Made by a program: the position numbers and the translations under genes
Origin: Proteromonas lacertae
Lineage: Eukaryota
Direction: 5' to 3'
Assembly (NCBI GenBank): GCA_002245135.1
Contig: NGBS01000893.1
Span: forward strand, 1 to 64,000
Length of the DNA stretch: 64,000 bases
In this document: piece by piece, positions 36,722 through 52,307 of the stretch
Position numbering within the stretch: position 1 is the stretch's first letter
How the letters are laid out: every line of letters starts with the position of its first letter
The notes under the pieces: model-generated
What the model was told of the DNA's origin: nothing
Seen by the model: only the letters and a program-made list of their open reading frames with translations
Database searches by the model: none

Positions 36722-37498
36722 TCATTCTTCTACCTCTCCCAAATCCTTATCACTTAAAGTGTTACCACCATTACCAAAGTTAATAACTTTAGCAGCACTA
36801 ATAAAACCATTACTAATTACTTTCTTAGCAGGGAATGGTCTACGAGTACTAATTAAATCACTATCTTCTATCTTAGTTCTCTTAATTCTTGGAGGTGAAA
36901 CAAATTTGTTTTGATTAGCTTGTTCTTTCTTAATTTTCTTCTCATTACTTCTTCTAATAGTTGTAGCTAAATCAGGATTTTCATCATAACCATCAATATC
37001 ACTACAAACTCTATGATTAACAAAGTTTTGAGTACCATTACTCTTAATAGAGATTTGATTATCAACAACGCTTACAGCAATTTTACTACCAACATCAACA
37101 TCAGATGGAACTCTATAGTTACTATTATCCCATATCATAATAGAATTGAAATTGTGGAAGTATTTAATACCATGTTGAGGTTCTCTACATCCTACACTAA
37201 TCAAATATCCACGAATGATTTTTTCTATAAAGTCATTCTCATTTCTATCATAAATTTGTTTTAATACATATTTCACTTCATCAGCTGCATATGTTTCAAA
37301 ATCTCTTCCATTATTAATTACAACTTTATGATCCAAATCATGAACAAAAGTAATCAATACATATTGACTAGTTTTAGTAGGCTTAACTGTAATACTCTCA
37401 ACAGTTCCTTTAATAATCCACTTGTTACATAACTTTGGATTTTTGTAGTAATCACTGAATTCTACATCGGTAGCTTCATAGGGTGTTTCGTTACTCAT
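36722..37498 (-). CDS. Hypothetical element-B protein (258 aa), copy 2
   Basis: Identical to 19670-20446. Confidence 0.55.
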   Translation of the reverse strand: MSNETPYEATDVEFSDYYKNPKLCNKWIIKGTVESITVKPTKTSQYVLITFVHDLDHKVVINNGRDFETYAADEVKYVLKQIYDRNENDFIEKIIRGYLISVGCREPQHGIKYFHNFNSIMIWDNSNYRVPSDVDVGSKIAVSVVDNQISIKSNGTQNFVNHRVCSDIDGYDENPDLATTIRRSNEKKIKKEQANQNKFVSPPRIKRTKIEDSDLISTRRPFPAKKVISNGFISAAKVINFGNGGNTLSDKDLGEVEE

Positions 37499-37670
37499 TT
37501 TATATAAGGGAGAGATGAAAATAAAAAAATGATAAAAAAATGATTAAAAAATGTCAAGAAAAATGAAAATGAAAATTTCTTTTTATTTTTAAAGTCGACC
37601 AATCAAATCATCCGACCAATCAAATTTCATATTTTCATTTTTGATTTATTTCTCAAATTCTGTCTATATA

Positions 37671-39911
37671 ATGAGCAAACATAAAAAGCTTTTAAATGCA
37701 TTTTTTAAGCTTCTAGAACAAACTTTTAATAAAAATAAACATCATAAGCATAAGCATCACCACCATCATAAACATAAACATATAGATGAACCACCACCAC
37801 CTCCACCTACACCATCAGAAGAAGCTCCAAAACGAAGATTAGCACCATTATTTAGTACAGATGCTATTCAAAATAAAAAAAAGATATAATAATGATATAC
37901 CAATAATCAGTGATACATTCTTTGGTGGATTAATGCCTTCTTCCCTACCAAAACCTAACCAAAATCAAAGATTTAATGATAGAATACGCGATGCTAGAGA
38001 AGTTGATAAATCATCTCAAGGTGTTACAAGGAAATGGGTTTTCAATTATAACAATAGAAATTACAGTACACCACAACAATGTTATCATGATTTTGTTAAT
38101 AATAGTGATATCAAAGATATATTACATGAACTAGCTGATACTATAAATATGATTAAAATTTTCTTTATTGTGCGTTCAATTTATATACCTGATGAGTCAA
38201 CTGACAATGATGATGAAGTTTCTATATTTAGCCGTAGTAGACTATGTGAAATAACTAAAATGTTTACTGTAGGTGAAATACAAACTATACTGGAGAATAT
38301 ATTTACACAAATATCAGAAGATGATTCAAATCATCCTCAAAGTGGTCTTACTTTTGCTAGAGTAAATACAATTGAACTATATGTAGCTAAATTTAAAGTG
38401 ATACGTGGAAGCAGTTTTATTGTTTTACCTGCTAAACTTCAAGGTCTAAGATGTTTGACAAATGTAATAAATGAAGATAATGAATGTTTTAAGTGGAGTG
38501 TACTATGCTCATTATATTCTAATAATCTACAATGTAATAAAGATAAACCTGAAAAATACAAAATGTATGAAAAGAAACATGATTGGAGTATGCTAACATT
38601 CCCTGTTGATGCTACAGACAATGAATCTATTGATAAGTTTGAAACAAAGAATCGACTAAATGTAAATATATTTTATATTGATATTGCTAAAGATAAAGAA
38701 GAAATATTCTTACCCATTCATTTATCTAAACAAAAGAAATCTAAAAAATACAGTGTTGTAAATCTATTGCTAATAAAAAATGAAGATGGAAATTCACACT
38801 ATGTAACAATAAATACCTTACCTGCTCTATTTAGAAAAATGATAGATAAAAAGAATAATACTAATAATATATTTGTATGTCCATATTGTCTCTTCTATAC
38901 TTACGATGATGGATCCTTTAATAGTCACCAAATATATGACTGCCAAGATAAAGAGAATGTATTAAGATTATTCCCTGATAAAGATGATAAAGAAAAATCA
39001 TACTTAAAATTTAGGCATTGGACTCACCTCCAAACATTGCCAGTTGTTATGTATTATGATACTGAAACTTATTTTGTACCATATGATAATGAATTGAATT
39101 TAAGTAGATATAAATCTATGGAAGAAATAGATAATAATGATACTAGAATAGAATTATCAAAAACTGAGCAATCTATTATGGCTAGGCATAAGCTTTATTC
39201 CTACTGTATCTATGTAGATAGTAAAATACCAGATATAAACAGTTTTACTGTGATTAAATATAAACAAAATGAGGATCATAATACTGAAAATGATTTTGTA
39301 TAGGATATATTAAATATATATGATCAAATATGTACAGTTTACAATTATAGACTAAATAATCCTAAACCTTTTGATGGAGATGAAACAGCTAAGGATATAC
39401 ATAATAAAAAGAGAAAATGTGACTTTTGCGGTAAACCATTTAATTCTATTGATCATTTAAAAGTACTATACCATGATCATTTCGCGGGACGTTATATTGC
39501 TTCTATTGGATGCAAAGAAAATCTTAATATTGATATAAAAAAATTAAAAGTACCAATAATAGGTTATAATGCTATGAAATATGACCAGCATTTCATAGTA
39601 AAGGAATTAGCTAAATTTGCTGCAATAACTAATAGTCCACTCAATATTATGCCTAATACAGATGAAAACTATAAGTGTATACAATACAAGAATTTGGTGT
39701 TTATTGACAGTTATTTATTCTTAGCAGGTTCTCTAGCAAATTTAACTAGTGATCTAAAAATTACAGCAGAATTAAATAATGCTAAGAAAGAAAAATTCAA
39801 AACAATTTATGAGAATTTTAAAGAATATAATGGCATTACCTAGATGATGAAATTATTGAGAAATACTTACTTCAAAAGAATTATTCTCCATATGAACATA
39901 TGACATCATAA
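37671..39911 (+). pseudogene. Truncated pPolB of element B, copy 2
   Basis: Same TAG (39301) and same truncation as copy 1; different homopolymer indels. Confidence 0.88.
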
Positions 39912-40174
39912 TAATATAGAATAAAGGGCCTGGCACACCGAGCCGCATGACTCGGGCTCCTGGCACACCAAATCAAACTTTTTAAAAATACGTGACCTAT
40001 GTCATATTAGGTCATAATTTATTTTTGTATTTTCTAGAATATTCTAATTTCATATATGGATAATCTAATTAAAGAAGAAGCAGAAAATGGTTTTGATTCT
40101 TTATATAAAATGTGTAATTTATATCTCAATAACAAAGATGATGGAGCAATGACTATCAAACATCAATTGAATAA
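39908..40174 (+). mobile_element. Element C terminus and remnant, copy 2
   Basis: Duplicate of 22856-23124. Confidence 0.7.
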
Positions 40175-40590
40175 AACCATAACTTGAATATGGGGGTATT
40201 TTTGGTTATTTTTTCGCTATTCAAGCTGTTCAAGTTAAAGGTTTTTGACTGTACTACATTTTTTTTATTCTATAATTAATTTAATATTATGTTAATAATA
40301 TGTTATTGTGAATCATCATTTGAAAAAGTGCATCGATCAACGGTCAAATTTGATATTTGAAAGATGATGCATAAAGCTTTAATTTTGTATTTATGGTTAG
40401 ATAATATGTTTGTTAACTCATGTTCAATAGGAAGTCAACTAATAGTTAGCATAAGGAAGGTAAGGTCAAGCTAAAGATATAGGTTTTGACCTATAGGTAA
40501 ACCTATATTACTAAAAAAAGAAAAAAGACAGAAAATATAGTTATATATATATATTCCTCAATCAAATTATTTAAACATTTTTATATAATA

Positions 40591-43500
40591 TTATAATAAT
40601 AAGTTCAATTTATTGACAACAAATTCAGCATCATAAACTATTTCTTGGAATTGTAATGAATAGAATATTTTTTCAGCATTATATTCCACAGTTCCTTTTT
40701 CTGGGTCATTCACCTTAAATTTTGTTATAGTTTGACTTTTGCTAGTAGTAAAAGGCACTTTTGTTTGATTGAAGTGTAATATTTCCATTTTCTTTTCAGT
40801 ATATTGTTGAGTTTTTCCTTTTGAAGAAACAAAAATATAATGAAATTTTGACCAGCCCATTTTCATTATTAATTCCAAAATACATTCTTCAATTATATTA
40901 TTATACATCATTCTATTTTCATCATTAATAATATGAATGAAACAATTATTTAATAAGTATATCATTTCTCTATTTTCAACAATTGCTAAATGAAGTAAAT
41001 ATACTTCTTTAATTTTTGTAGAATATATATCTACATTAAATAATTCTTTAAATTTATCAAATGAGTCTTTGTTTATTCTTTCTAATTTAATACCACTACT
41101 TGTTTCAAACGTATCTGTTTTATATAAGTAGTTATAAAAAACCAGTTCTTCAAACAATAATTGAAATAGTTGTTTATTTTTTTCATTAAAATTGTTTGTA
41201 AACATATTTTGTATTTCTTTTAAATCTTTTTCTTCAGCTGTGTGTTTAATAGTATAGTATATAAGATCAAATACCTTATCTGATATAAATTCCATATGAT
41301 TCTTATTTATTTCATGAAAATCAATAAATGAATATTTCACCATATAATGACATAATGTACTATCAAATGATGTATTTATGGAAGAATTATCATTATTAAT
41401 AGTATCTTTTACAGGCTGCATAAGATATTTCATTAAAAATTCCTTATATCCAACACCACTTATTATTCTTTTTATACCTAGTGAATATAATTCATCCCAA
41501 TAATCTTTACCATAACAAACACTATAAATTGCTGAATAATAGATATGTCTTGGAACATTTCCATATTTACTATTACATTTATTAATTATAATTGATTCTT
41601 GCAATTTAGTTGATAAAGATTTTCTTTCCCATTCTAAAATTTCTTCATTACCAAATACATCCATATAATAATAAATCCTATTAATATCATCACCTGGATC
41701 ATAAAAATGTTTATAATTCTTATCATCTGGTGAAGTAACATATAATATAATTGGAGCTTTTGCAATTGTTACATTTAAGTTATATGAATCGGATATAGCT
41801 ATGTCAGAATATTTTTTGTCATCAGGAGTTGCTAGATGTACATCTTCTCCTTTAAATTTATATTTATTGTTACCATTATCATCTGAACTTTTAAATATTG
41901 ATGCTTCAACTAGATCTTCAAGGTTCAAGCCAATTATCTTTTGTTTGAGTGTGTTATTCAATTCAGTGATCATCTTCAACAAAAATATTATAAAGGAGGT
42001 TTTACCACATCCTGGATTTCCTCTTAATAAAATCTTGTAATACTCACCAGATTTGAAATCTTTCTCATCATTTAATATTCGGATTCTTTTCTTTAAACAA
42101 TTATCCTTCACATCTTTTAAAAGTTCATTCTTATCTTTCTCTACATCATATTCTCTAATCTTAGATATTTGGTTACCTTCCTCTTCAATCCATTCATTTA
42201 ATATTTCAATTATTTTATTACCATTTTCTATTTTTCTTCCAGATAAATAATTTCTCAACTTAATAAATAATATCAAATATCTTAATTCATTCCATATTTC
42301 TTCATAAACTTTTCGGATATACACTCTCTTTTCAGGATATTGATATATATCACATCCAATACTTATTGTATTATCATCATTATTTATAATTACTGGTTTT
42401 TCAAATATGCGACATAAAGCATTTGTTTCTATTATTAAAATATTATATTAATATAAATATACTTGCACAGGTTAGACAATATTTTTCTAAATTTCCTTTC
42501 ATTTCATTTATTGAATCATATGCTAACTTTAACTTGGCACTATATTCTTCTTTAGCATCATTAAGTAATTTTTCAGAAAAACTTTCAATATCATTAGTGT
42601 TTTCAGATTTTAACTCTTTTAACATTATTCTATTATCATCACTGATAGGAATTGGAAATGTTAATAATAAATTATCAAAGTTCTGTTCAGTTTCATTAGG
42701 ATTAGGTAAATCTAATAATGACTTAGATATATCCTCTTTATTAGGAACAGGTAATTCTGATAAAAACTCATCTTTATTATCTCCAGTCATTGTAAATTCC
42801 AAATCATCTAAAAAAACAGTAGCATCATTATCAGTAGCATTATCAGGTAATTCAGCTAAAAACTTTTCTATGTAGTCTTTACTAGCATTAACAAGTGTAA
42901 CATATAGTCTATCTTTATTAACAGCATAAGGTAATGTCAATATTAAGTCTTTAATACACTCTTCTTCTTGAGCAACAAGCAATTCAGATATTAATCTATT
43001 CGTGTTATCTTTATTAATAAATTTAGCATATTTAGATAATTCTGTATTTATGGTCTCTTCACATATATCAATTGATAATTCTAATATTAACGCTTTTATG
43101 TCATCTTCAGTTGTTTCAATGGGTAATTCAGCTAATAATTCATCTATATAATCATTATTAGCTTCATCACGAAATTGTAAAAAAAACTTTTCTATGTCTT
43201 CTTTAATAAAATAATATGGTAATTCCGAATTTAACTGATTATATTTTTCTTTATTTGCACTAGCTAATTCATCTAGTAAAACTTTTTTATTAAGAGGATA
43301 ATGTAATTCATATGCTAATGTTTTATTTATTGACTGCTTAATTTGATCATAAGGTAATAATGATAGTAATTTATCCATGTACTGTTTAGTAGGTAAAGTT
43401 AATCCTATAAAGTCTTTTAAGTGTTTTACTTTATCATCAGCCTCGTTCAGTACTATACTTTCATCTATTTTCCTACAAACCTTTTCAACACTATTTATTA

Positions 43501-44223
43501 CTTCTTTATTCTCTATATTTAATTCCAATTTACTTAAATCACTAACAAAATTTTTACAGTTTTCCATAGTCTGTTTTAAAATATCTTTGGTATTAGCTTC
43601 ATTAATAATCTTGTTAAGTTTTTGATTCAAAAATATAATATTTTCTTCATGAGTTGTACTTTTTATAGGTTTTTGAACAAATAAACTTGAGTATTCTCTT
43701 GGTGTAAATTGTACTGTGTTATTTCCACTATTGTCTTCTGAATTTATAAATGTTATAACATCCAACAAATCTTTTGAATTTATTCTAGTATGAGAATATC
43801 TAATTCTTTTTGACTTTATAGATATGATTATATTTTGTGGTTTTACATCTTTATCACTTGTATTTCTATTATTATTATTATCACCATTATCATTATCCTT
43901 CTTTTTATTATTATTTAACCTTGACCTTTTTTGGGGTCGTGGATCATTTTCATCTGAAGGAGGTTCAATATTCCAGTCATAAGTTTTTTCCATTTCGTTT
44001 ATCATTTCTTCTTTAAATTTCCCTTTGCCATATTGTCCAAAACCTGTATCACCTATTTCAGCAGGGTGATTTACATTATCATGTTCATGGACAACAAACA
44101 TTATTTTAAATATTGGATTACATATCTTTAATTCAGCCTCTAATGCATCTTTCAAATCTTTTTGTTTAACAGAATCACTATCATCATATATTTCATCTAA
44201 TTCATCTTTAATTTTCTATCATA

Positions 44224-44254
<31 letters not shown>

Positions 44255-46757
44255 TACTGTAACTATTTCATTCATCATATTTTCTTTATCATTATCACTA
44301 AAGTCATTGTATATTGAATCAATTAAATAATCGTTAAGATCATGTAACATTTTACAATTTAATCCTACTTTTACGACTTCATTTGCTTCTTCAAGATCAT
44401 ATATACTTAACAATTGAAGTTGATATTGTAATGAAAGTAAGTCATCATGAATATTATTTAATTTTCTTTCTTCTTCTTTACTCTTATCTATTTCCATTTC
44501 ATTGTCTCCAGAATCTTCAGCAGTTGGCGCAGATGGTAAAGATAAAGTCGTTGTAATTGATTGAAAAGGATTGCATATGAAACTATTTAAATATGATAAT
44601 AATAATTGAAGATCATTTTCAGATTTAAACTGTAAATATGATTGAAATTGCTTATATATTATATATAAGTTACTCTTCAATAACTGTATTTCATTAGACA
44701 ACACTTTTATTTCTTCTGGATTATTTAATAATTTTGTTATTTCTGTTGATATAAAATCTTTTAATGTTGGTAATCTATTAATAATATCTCGATATGTAGC
44801 AATTGATTCACTGGATTGTAATAGGCCTTCTAATCGATCATATAATTCTTGTATTTGTTTTAATAACATTTCTGAATGTTTCTGTAATTCTTTTAAGGTA
44901 TTTGAATCTGGTTTAAACGTATTATCCACTTCAGTTATTCTCTTTGATATATATATTTTTAAATTTTTAGTCTTATCATTTAATTGAGAGACAGTGGTTT
45001 CAAATTCATAAGATTTTAATAATTCTTCTGATATAATTATATTAATTCTATCAATTAGAATGCTAGATATAAGTAATATGATTTTTGATTTATATGGTGT
45101 AGAACTGCTGAATAGATTTTCGAATATATCTAGTTGTTTTATGAATGTATCTAATTGATTTTCTAATACTTTCACTATACCCTTCTTTTTAGTTGATAAT
45201 TCATTTTTTAATTTTTTAAACTTATTCATATCACTATCCATAACTTTCAGGAATTCAGTCTGTCTCTCAGGACTATAGTTATTAATCAAATCAGATTGAA
45301 CGTCTTTTCTACATTTAAGTTCATTGATTAAAAACTATAAACAACAGAAATAATACATTATATAATATACATAACTTTCACATAGGATTCTTCTACGTTG
45401 ATCCATTCTGAATATCAGATTTGTTTTTAAACTACTTGGTATATAACCAAGTTCATACAGTGAAGATTGCCTTTCAAATTCTGGTGGATATGGATCATCA
45501 TGATTTGGATTTAATATATAGTTTATCATCACATCCTTATGACGATTGTATATCATCTAGTCAATTATAATGTAATACAATATATATAAATACATTGAGA
45601 AATACAATTATCGTATTTACAACAGAATGATTACTAGACATTGTCATTTGAACAGATGTAATATTAAACTTATTGATAATACAGCCATCGATTGCTGGGA
45701 AATTGTGAATTTCACTAAAATCAGCATACAATGTAGCAACTTTATTCGTTTTATTACCGGTTTCTTTTTCATAGTACTTTTCACCTGATTTGAGATAATC
45801 AACAAATGCTTTCATATTACAATGATAACAGATTTTACCAGAAATGTTTATAATACTCCTGCTGTTGTATTTCAATTTATCTTTTATAATAATATGGCAC
45901 AATCTTTCAAATATTATTCCTTCCCTCTCTTCCATAAATCTATCATATAATTTTGTATATTTACGTGGACTATTGAAGCTTGTTATTAGAACTTGTCTTT
46001 TTATTTCTTCTGATTTAAACTTTAATCTATCTGCAACTACATCTACTCTATCAGTGTCATATATATAAATTTTTTCATTGTATTCTGGTGGTATATATGA
46101 TGATGGTAAACCATCTATATCTGGATCAAATGAACTGCTATCAATTCTATATACTATCTCATGCAATATATTCTCACAATAATCAGCTTCTTCTTCTGTG
46201 AGAGGTAGTAAATAGAATTGTACTGGAGCTCTCTTATTACTCATGACTTTGTATACCTCTGTTTTGGGGGAAGATACCATTATCACTATCTCTGCAGTAC
46301 TGTAGTCATCTTCTTTAATCGGAATATTATCGCTGATAATTATTGTTTTTCTGTTTGTATTAGGTAAATTTTCTGATGCCTTATATTCCACACCATAAGC
46401 TTCTCGAAAGGAATAAACATTCTTCTGTGATTCTGATTTATAAAAAATAACAACATTATATTCCTTAAAATCTTGATCTTTGTTGAAACAATACGCTAGA
46501 AAGCAACAAAATGTTGTTTTACCTATTCCTTCATTACCATACACCAAAAAACATTTTTGATATTTAAATCCACTACGGTTCTTCATAATATTCTTCATCT
46601 TACAGAATATTCTAATGAAGCAATCTCTCACTAAAAGATATGGTTTATCACAAGAATAGAAAGCTTGGCCGTTCTTATCTTTCCACTCAAGCTTTGCTAT
46701 TCTATTTATATTATCATAATCTAAGGCCTCTACTCCTGATTCACTTGATAATTGCAT
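40591..46757 (-). CDS. Crinkler/RHS-type double-NTPase protein, copy 2
   Basis: Duplicate of 23541-29695 with a diverged low-complexity patch near 43865-43925. Confidence 0.75.
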
Positions 46758-47451
46758 AACTGAACAAACAAATTATCTATAATTATCAAAGATGAATGTA
46801 TAGTTATGAAATGAGGCTTTTCATAAAATAGCTGTTTCAAGAAAAGAAATGAGGATTATTATTATCAAATGTTGGGAAATGTATAACCAAACTTCTCGAA
46901 TTGCATCAATTACACTTATTCTTTGATTGACACCTAATAATAATCCATTTTTTGTTTTACCATTTACAGCATTATTACTTAGGAAATTTATAATTTTGAG
47001 AAGTGTATACAGGGGAATTTTTTGTAAATTTCATTTTTTTCTAATAATCACCTCAATAATGAAGATGATCATTAAATACACTGAAACTAACACTGGTATT
47101 GTATTATAATTATTCGTTAAATATATCGGTGTCAAATATTATTTAGAAGACTGATGTAAAGATATGTATAATATAAATTATGAATGCTTTGAATATAAAG
47201 ATATTTACTTAGAACTAAAGCTTCAATAATAATATTTTTACTATTTATTGTCTATTTATATAACAGTATACATACCTTCAATAAAATAGGTTTTAACAAA
47301 CGGGACAATTTGCTTTCCTTTATAGTACTATTGTCAAAGAAATGTCCATTTTGTCCCTGTCACTGCCTAACCCAGTTTTATATTCATTATACATAAACAT
47401 AAACACAAACATTTCAAAAAGAGAAAATAAAAATCAATTACAATTAAACTT

Positions 47452-50400
47452 CTATTTTATGTTTTGAGCATCAACTAATGATTGATTATAATAACCACCA
47501 CTACTTATTGTAAATCGAGGAATTACATTCATACTCTCTAATTCTTGGAATAATAACTTACAAGCATAAGGAATACAAATCTCATTCACATTTTCACCAC
47601 TTTTACAATATTCACACCAACCTTTATAACTCATTAAACCACATTTACAACATATTGAACCAATAAATGGATCAGAACTAACTAATAATCTCTCTACTAA
47701 TAACAATGAAGTTCCATGAGCGATCAAACAGTCTTTCTCCATCTCACCTACTCTCAAACCACCTTCTCGAGCTCGACCTTGAGTTGGTTGACGAGTTAAA
47801 GAAACATGAGGGCCTCGAGCTCTAGCAAATACTTTATCTTTTACCATATGTTTTAATCTCTGATAATAGATTGGACCCATAAATATATAAGCTGATAATG
47901 GTTCACCAGTTATTCCACTGTATAATAAATCCTTTCCACTGTAATTATAGCCATAACTTACTAAGATTTCACCTATATCTTTTATACTATCACCTCCAAA
48001 TGCAGTTCCAAATTTTCGTTTACCTTCTAATAAACCAGCTTTTCCACCTACCAATTCAATCATTTTACCAACGGTCATTCGACTAGGAAAACCATGAGGA
48101 TTCATTATCATATCAGGACAAATTCCATTCTCATTAAATGGCATATCTTCTTGATTTACTATTAAACCAACTACACCTTTTTGGCCATGTCGACTTGAAT
48201 ATTTATCACCTAATTCAGGTCTTCTCATATCTCGAATTAAGATTTTTATTAATGTCTTTTCTTCTTTTGATGTTGTTAACATCACTTTATCAACTATTCC
48301 ACCACCTTTATCTTTATATACTAATGGACAACTAATATAACTCATATTCTGATTTGCATCTTTCGATATTGTGGGACTTTCTTTGTTTATTAATATATCA
48401 CCTTCTTCTACTCGAACTCCAACTTCTACTATTCCATCATTTCCTAATTTTTCATATTTCTTATTTCGTTTCTTAAATACATTTAAACTCATTCCATTTT
48501 GATCTTCAAATTTTGGTGGACCAACTAATACATCACATGTATTGTTGACATGGCTTACTAATGAACTTTGATATTTCTTATGAACTATTACTCGACCATA
48601 TCCACGATCAATACTAGCTCGATTTAATATTACAGCATCTTCAATATCATATCCACTATAACTCATTACAGCTACTATCGCATTTTGACCAGCTGGTAAA
48701 TCATTAAAATGAACCAAATCTAATACTTTACTTCGAACCATTGGCTTTTGAGGATATACGATTATGTTTAGCGGAGATAAATCTATTCGAATATTTTGAT
48801 TTTCACCTATTGTACCTATTGCTTGTTTACCCATTGCACATTGATAAGTATTTCGAGGACTTTGATTATGATGAGGATAAGGAATTAACGAAGAAACTAT
48901 TCCTAAAATTGTTACTGCATCTATCTCCATATGACTTGTTGTTTCATTTATATGATTTTCATCTAATGCAATATTACAGGTATTTTCTTCATTCGCATCT
49001 ACATATTCTACTAAACCTTCTTTTAAAAATGATTCTATATCTCTTAATCCACGATTTAAATCATCTATATCTTTCTTACTCACTCGAGGTTTATGTGTTT
49101 TCTTATCAACGATTATCAATGGTCGACATACTCTACCACTGTCACTAGCAATTGTTACTACTCTTTCTACACTATCCATACAAACACTTACAAATTCACC
49201 AATCATTCCTCGTCTTCTCAATCTTTTTACTGCATTTACTAATAGTGGAGGATTTCGATGTATTCCTAATATATTACCATTTAACATTACTATATAAGAA
49301 GGTGGAGTATATAATGCTTCTCCTGGTAATAAACTAGCATCTTCTACACCTAAATTATATAATGTTTTAGTTAAATATTTATCATCTTCTTCAATTGTTA
49401 CATGTGCTAAGATTGCTAAATTCTTTACTAAACCACATTGAGCACCTTCAGGTGTATCAGATGGACAGATCATACCAAAATGACTTGGTTGTAATGCTCT
49501 TGGACCACTAATCTTTCGAGTCTTTTCCACATGAGCATTTACACGAGTCATTTGACCTATTGCTGCAATGTAAGATAATCGACTTAAAGTTTCAGTTACT
49601 CCTTTTCTTTCCATTTTGAATATACCAATCTTCCAATTACCTGAACCAATTGCTGTACAAAATCCACCACTGATTTTTTCTTTGTTAAATGATAAAGAAT
49701 TTAATATATTTGTTCCTGCTCTTAAACTCTAATTTTTAATATAATAATAAGAAATATACATTACTGGATGATTTGTTGATACTTTCTGACACTTTGTTAT
49801 TAAACTCTTTAAATAAACCTTCAAATAATAAAGCCAATAAATGACCTGTCAATTCTAATCTTTTATTACCATAATAATCTTTATCAGATAACATTGAAGG
49901 ATTATCTAAACATAATATTATTTGTCTTATCATATAACAGATATAAATTGCTCGATTGTAGAAATTATAATTATCAGCTGGTACATGTGGTAGAATTACT
50001 TGATATAATTTATCTCGAGCATCTTCTATTCGAGATTTCTTCGATTGTTTACCTGTTGCTTTTATCATTCCACCTATATAATCTAACGCTTTCAATTCAG
50101 AAAATATCTATTATAATTTAATTAATAAATAATATTTATATTTAATACATTTAACTCATAACACTCTTGAATTGATGATTCAAATAAATTTATCATTTTA
50201 TCTTCATATCCAATCATACTCATTATTTCTTGATCACTTTCTATTCCCATTGCTCTTAATACAATCACAATTGGTATATCTTTACTAAATACATTTTGAG
50301 ATAAATAGAATTTATTATGTTTCATTACTATATCTACACGGGTTTTACGTTCAGCTGTTGAACTTGTTACTGTTGCATCTACTCCACCATATTTACCTTC

Positions 50401-51004
50401 TTCTAATAAAATACGATTTCGAGATAGTTGTTCTTGAGTTAAAACTACTTTTTCTAATCCTCGGATTATAAAATACCCACCTGGATCATAAGGGCATTCC
50501 TGCTTTGCTGCCATTTGAGATTCACTTAAGCCGTTTAACACACATTTGCAAGATCTTAGCATTACTGGTACTGAACCTATTTTTATATGCTTATGTTCAA
50601 CAGGAGGCATATTTCCTTGGTTTACTATCACATCCACGAATATTGGAGCTTCATATGTTAAACTACGAATTCTACACTCCATTGGTGTTGTTTCCTATTG
50701 TTAATATCACTATTTGAATTTATATACTCTTTCTGTGAGTGAATCAACTTCTTCAGTGACAGGAGTACCTACATATATATTTGTATATCTTAAAAGGAAT
50801 GTATGATCATTTTTAATTCTCACTTCATTATTTGCAGCCACAATCTTTTTCATTGCAACATTAACAAAATAATTGTAAGAATCAATATGTTGATTAACTA
50901 ACCCTCGAAGCTATAAATAGGATTATATATTTTTATACCCTTAAAAATTCCGGAATTAATGCCCATTTATCATCTTTTGTCAATGGTTTAGATACTTTTG
51001 GCAT
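47452..51004 (-). CDS. POLR3B: RNA polymerase III second-largest subunit RPC2 (5 exons)
   Basis: [51 protein letters not shown] and GGLRVGEME motifs; four short GT-AG introns. Confidence 0.95.
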
Positions 51005-51665
51005 TTTAATTTATTCTGCAAGCCAAATAAATGTGTAACAAAAAATGAGTCATTTCATAGTATTATTATATATGTTATTATGTGTTTTTAATACAAGAAT
51101 TGAATAATTTTGATTTGATCGCATACAGTTTACTACTTTTTTTTTTGATAAAAACTATTTAAAATTATGAATCTCCAATTATATGACCTAACTAAAGCAT
51201 AGTGCTTAAATTAATTTTATCAAATTAATCTATACGTACCAGTAATATGAATTACAAATTGAAATTGTGAAATAATGATGAATAGAGCAAAATCATAACC
51301 CAAACATCAAACAATTCCAGAATTATAATACCTTAATAAAATTATTCTGGTTTCTTCTTAGCTTGATTATTCTCGAGACATACATAATACCCCCACATTA
51401 TCTATGAATAAGAGTTGATAAAACATACAAAAGCCAAAAAATGAAGTAATAATAAAATGTAGATGAAAATCTTAATACCATTTGATATTTGATCTGGTAG
51501 AAAATCCAAAGAAGGAGTCATTCACAAGTTACTGAAAGAAAAGATATAACAAATAAATAATTATCATGTCGATATAGCAAATGCTCAAATAAAGACAATT
51601 ATATATGATTAATACAAAATTAACTAACAATAAAGAAAATCTATTAAAAATCAAAAAGAAAATAA

Positions 51666-52203
51666 TTATAATGTCTCTAGTGATTTAATTGTTGATACAC
51701 ATTCCTTAATAACTTGTAAAATCTTTATTGCACTATCTTCATCCTTTGTATTCTCTAATTTTGAATTATACTCTTGCATTTTTCTGTATATTGTAGTAAT
51801 GATTTGATCTCTAATTGTATTTGAAGATTTTGCTTGTGATACTTTTGTTGGTGGTGGACAAGGTGGAATTGAAGTAGAATTTGGTGATAATTCAAAATTC
51901 GGCTCATCTATTTGTTGTGCACGATTTATAGATTCTAATCTAATATTTTCATCTATTTCATCACCTTCATTTTCTTCTGGTTCAGATTCAATGACAATTT
52001 GACAGTTACAACAGTATTTCTTTCCATCTCTATCTCGCATTAATGGGTACTAGATTATAAATAATACAAACACACATACATTACATCCTTTAGGACAAAC
52101 ATCGTTCAACATAGTCCATCCTTTTAATAACTTTTCACCCATCTAGAATAATATAGATTTAAAAATGATTTACATCTTTAGTTGCTCTATCTGAGTATGA
52201 CAT
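51666..52203 (-). CDS. SSSCA1/ZNRD2-like zinc-ribbon protein (3 exons)
   Basis: Spliced MGEKLLKGWTMLNDVCPKGCN-YPLMRDRDGKKYCCNC. Confidence 0.75.
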
Positions 52204-52307
52204 AATGAGAAAATTAAAAAATGAATTAGATCAAAATTATATTCGTTTCAAATATTAGATTTGGCTTGACACGTCATTTGATTTTAAAAGTGTTTTTTAG
52301 ATAAACG

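Larger units (their letters stand above)
31385..39907. mobile_element. Decayed Polinton-like element B, copy 2
   Basis: Duplicate of 14341-22855. Confidence 0.8.
31385..48446. repeat. Tandem segmental duplication unit 2 (17062 bp), continuous with the intact RPC2 gene
   Basis: Near-identical to 14341-31384; at 48446 the sequence continues into full-length RPC2. Confidence 0.95.
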
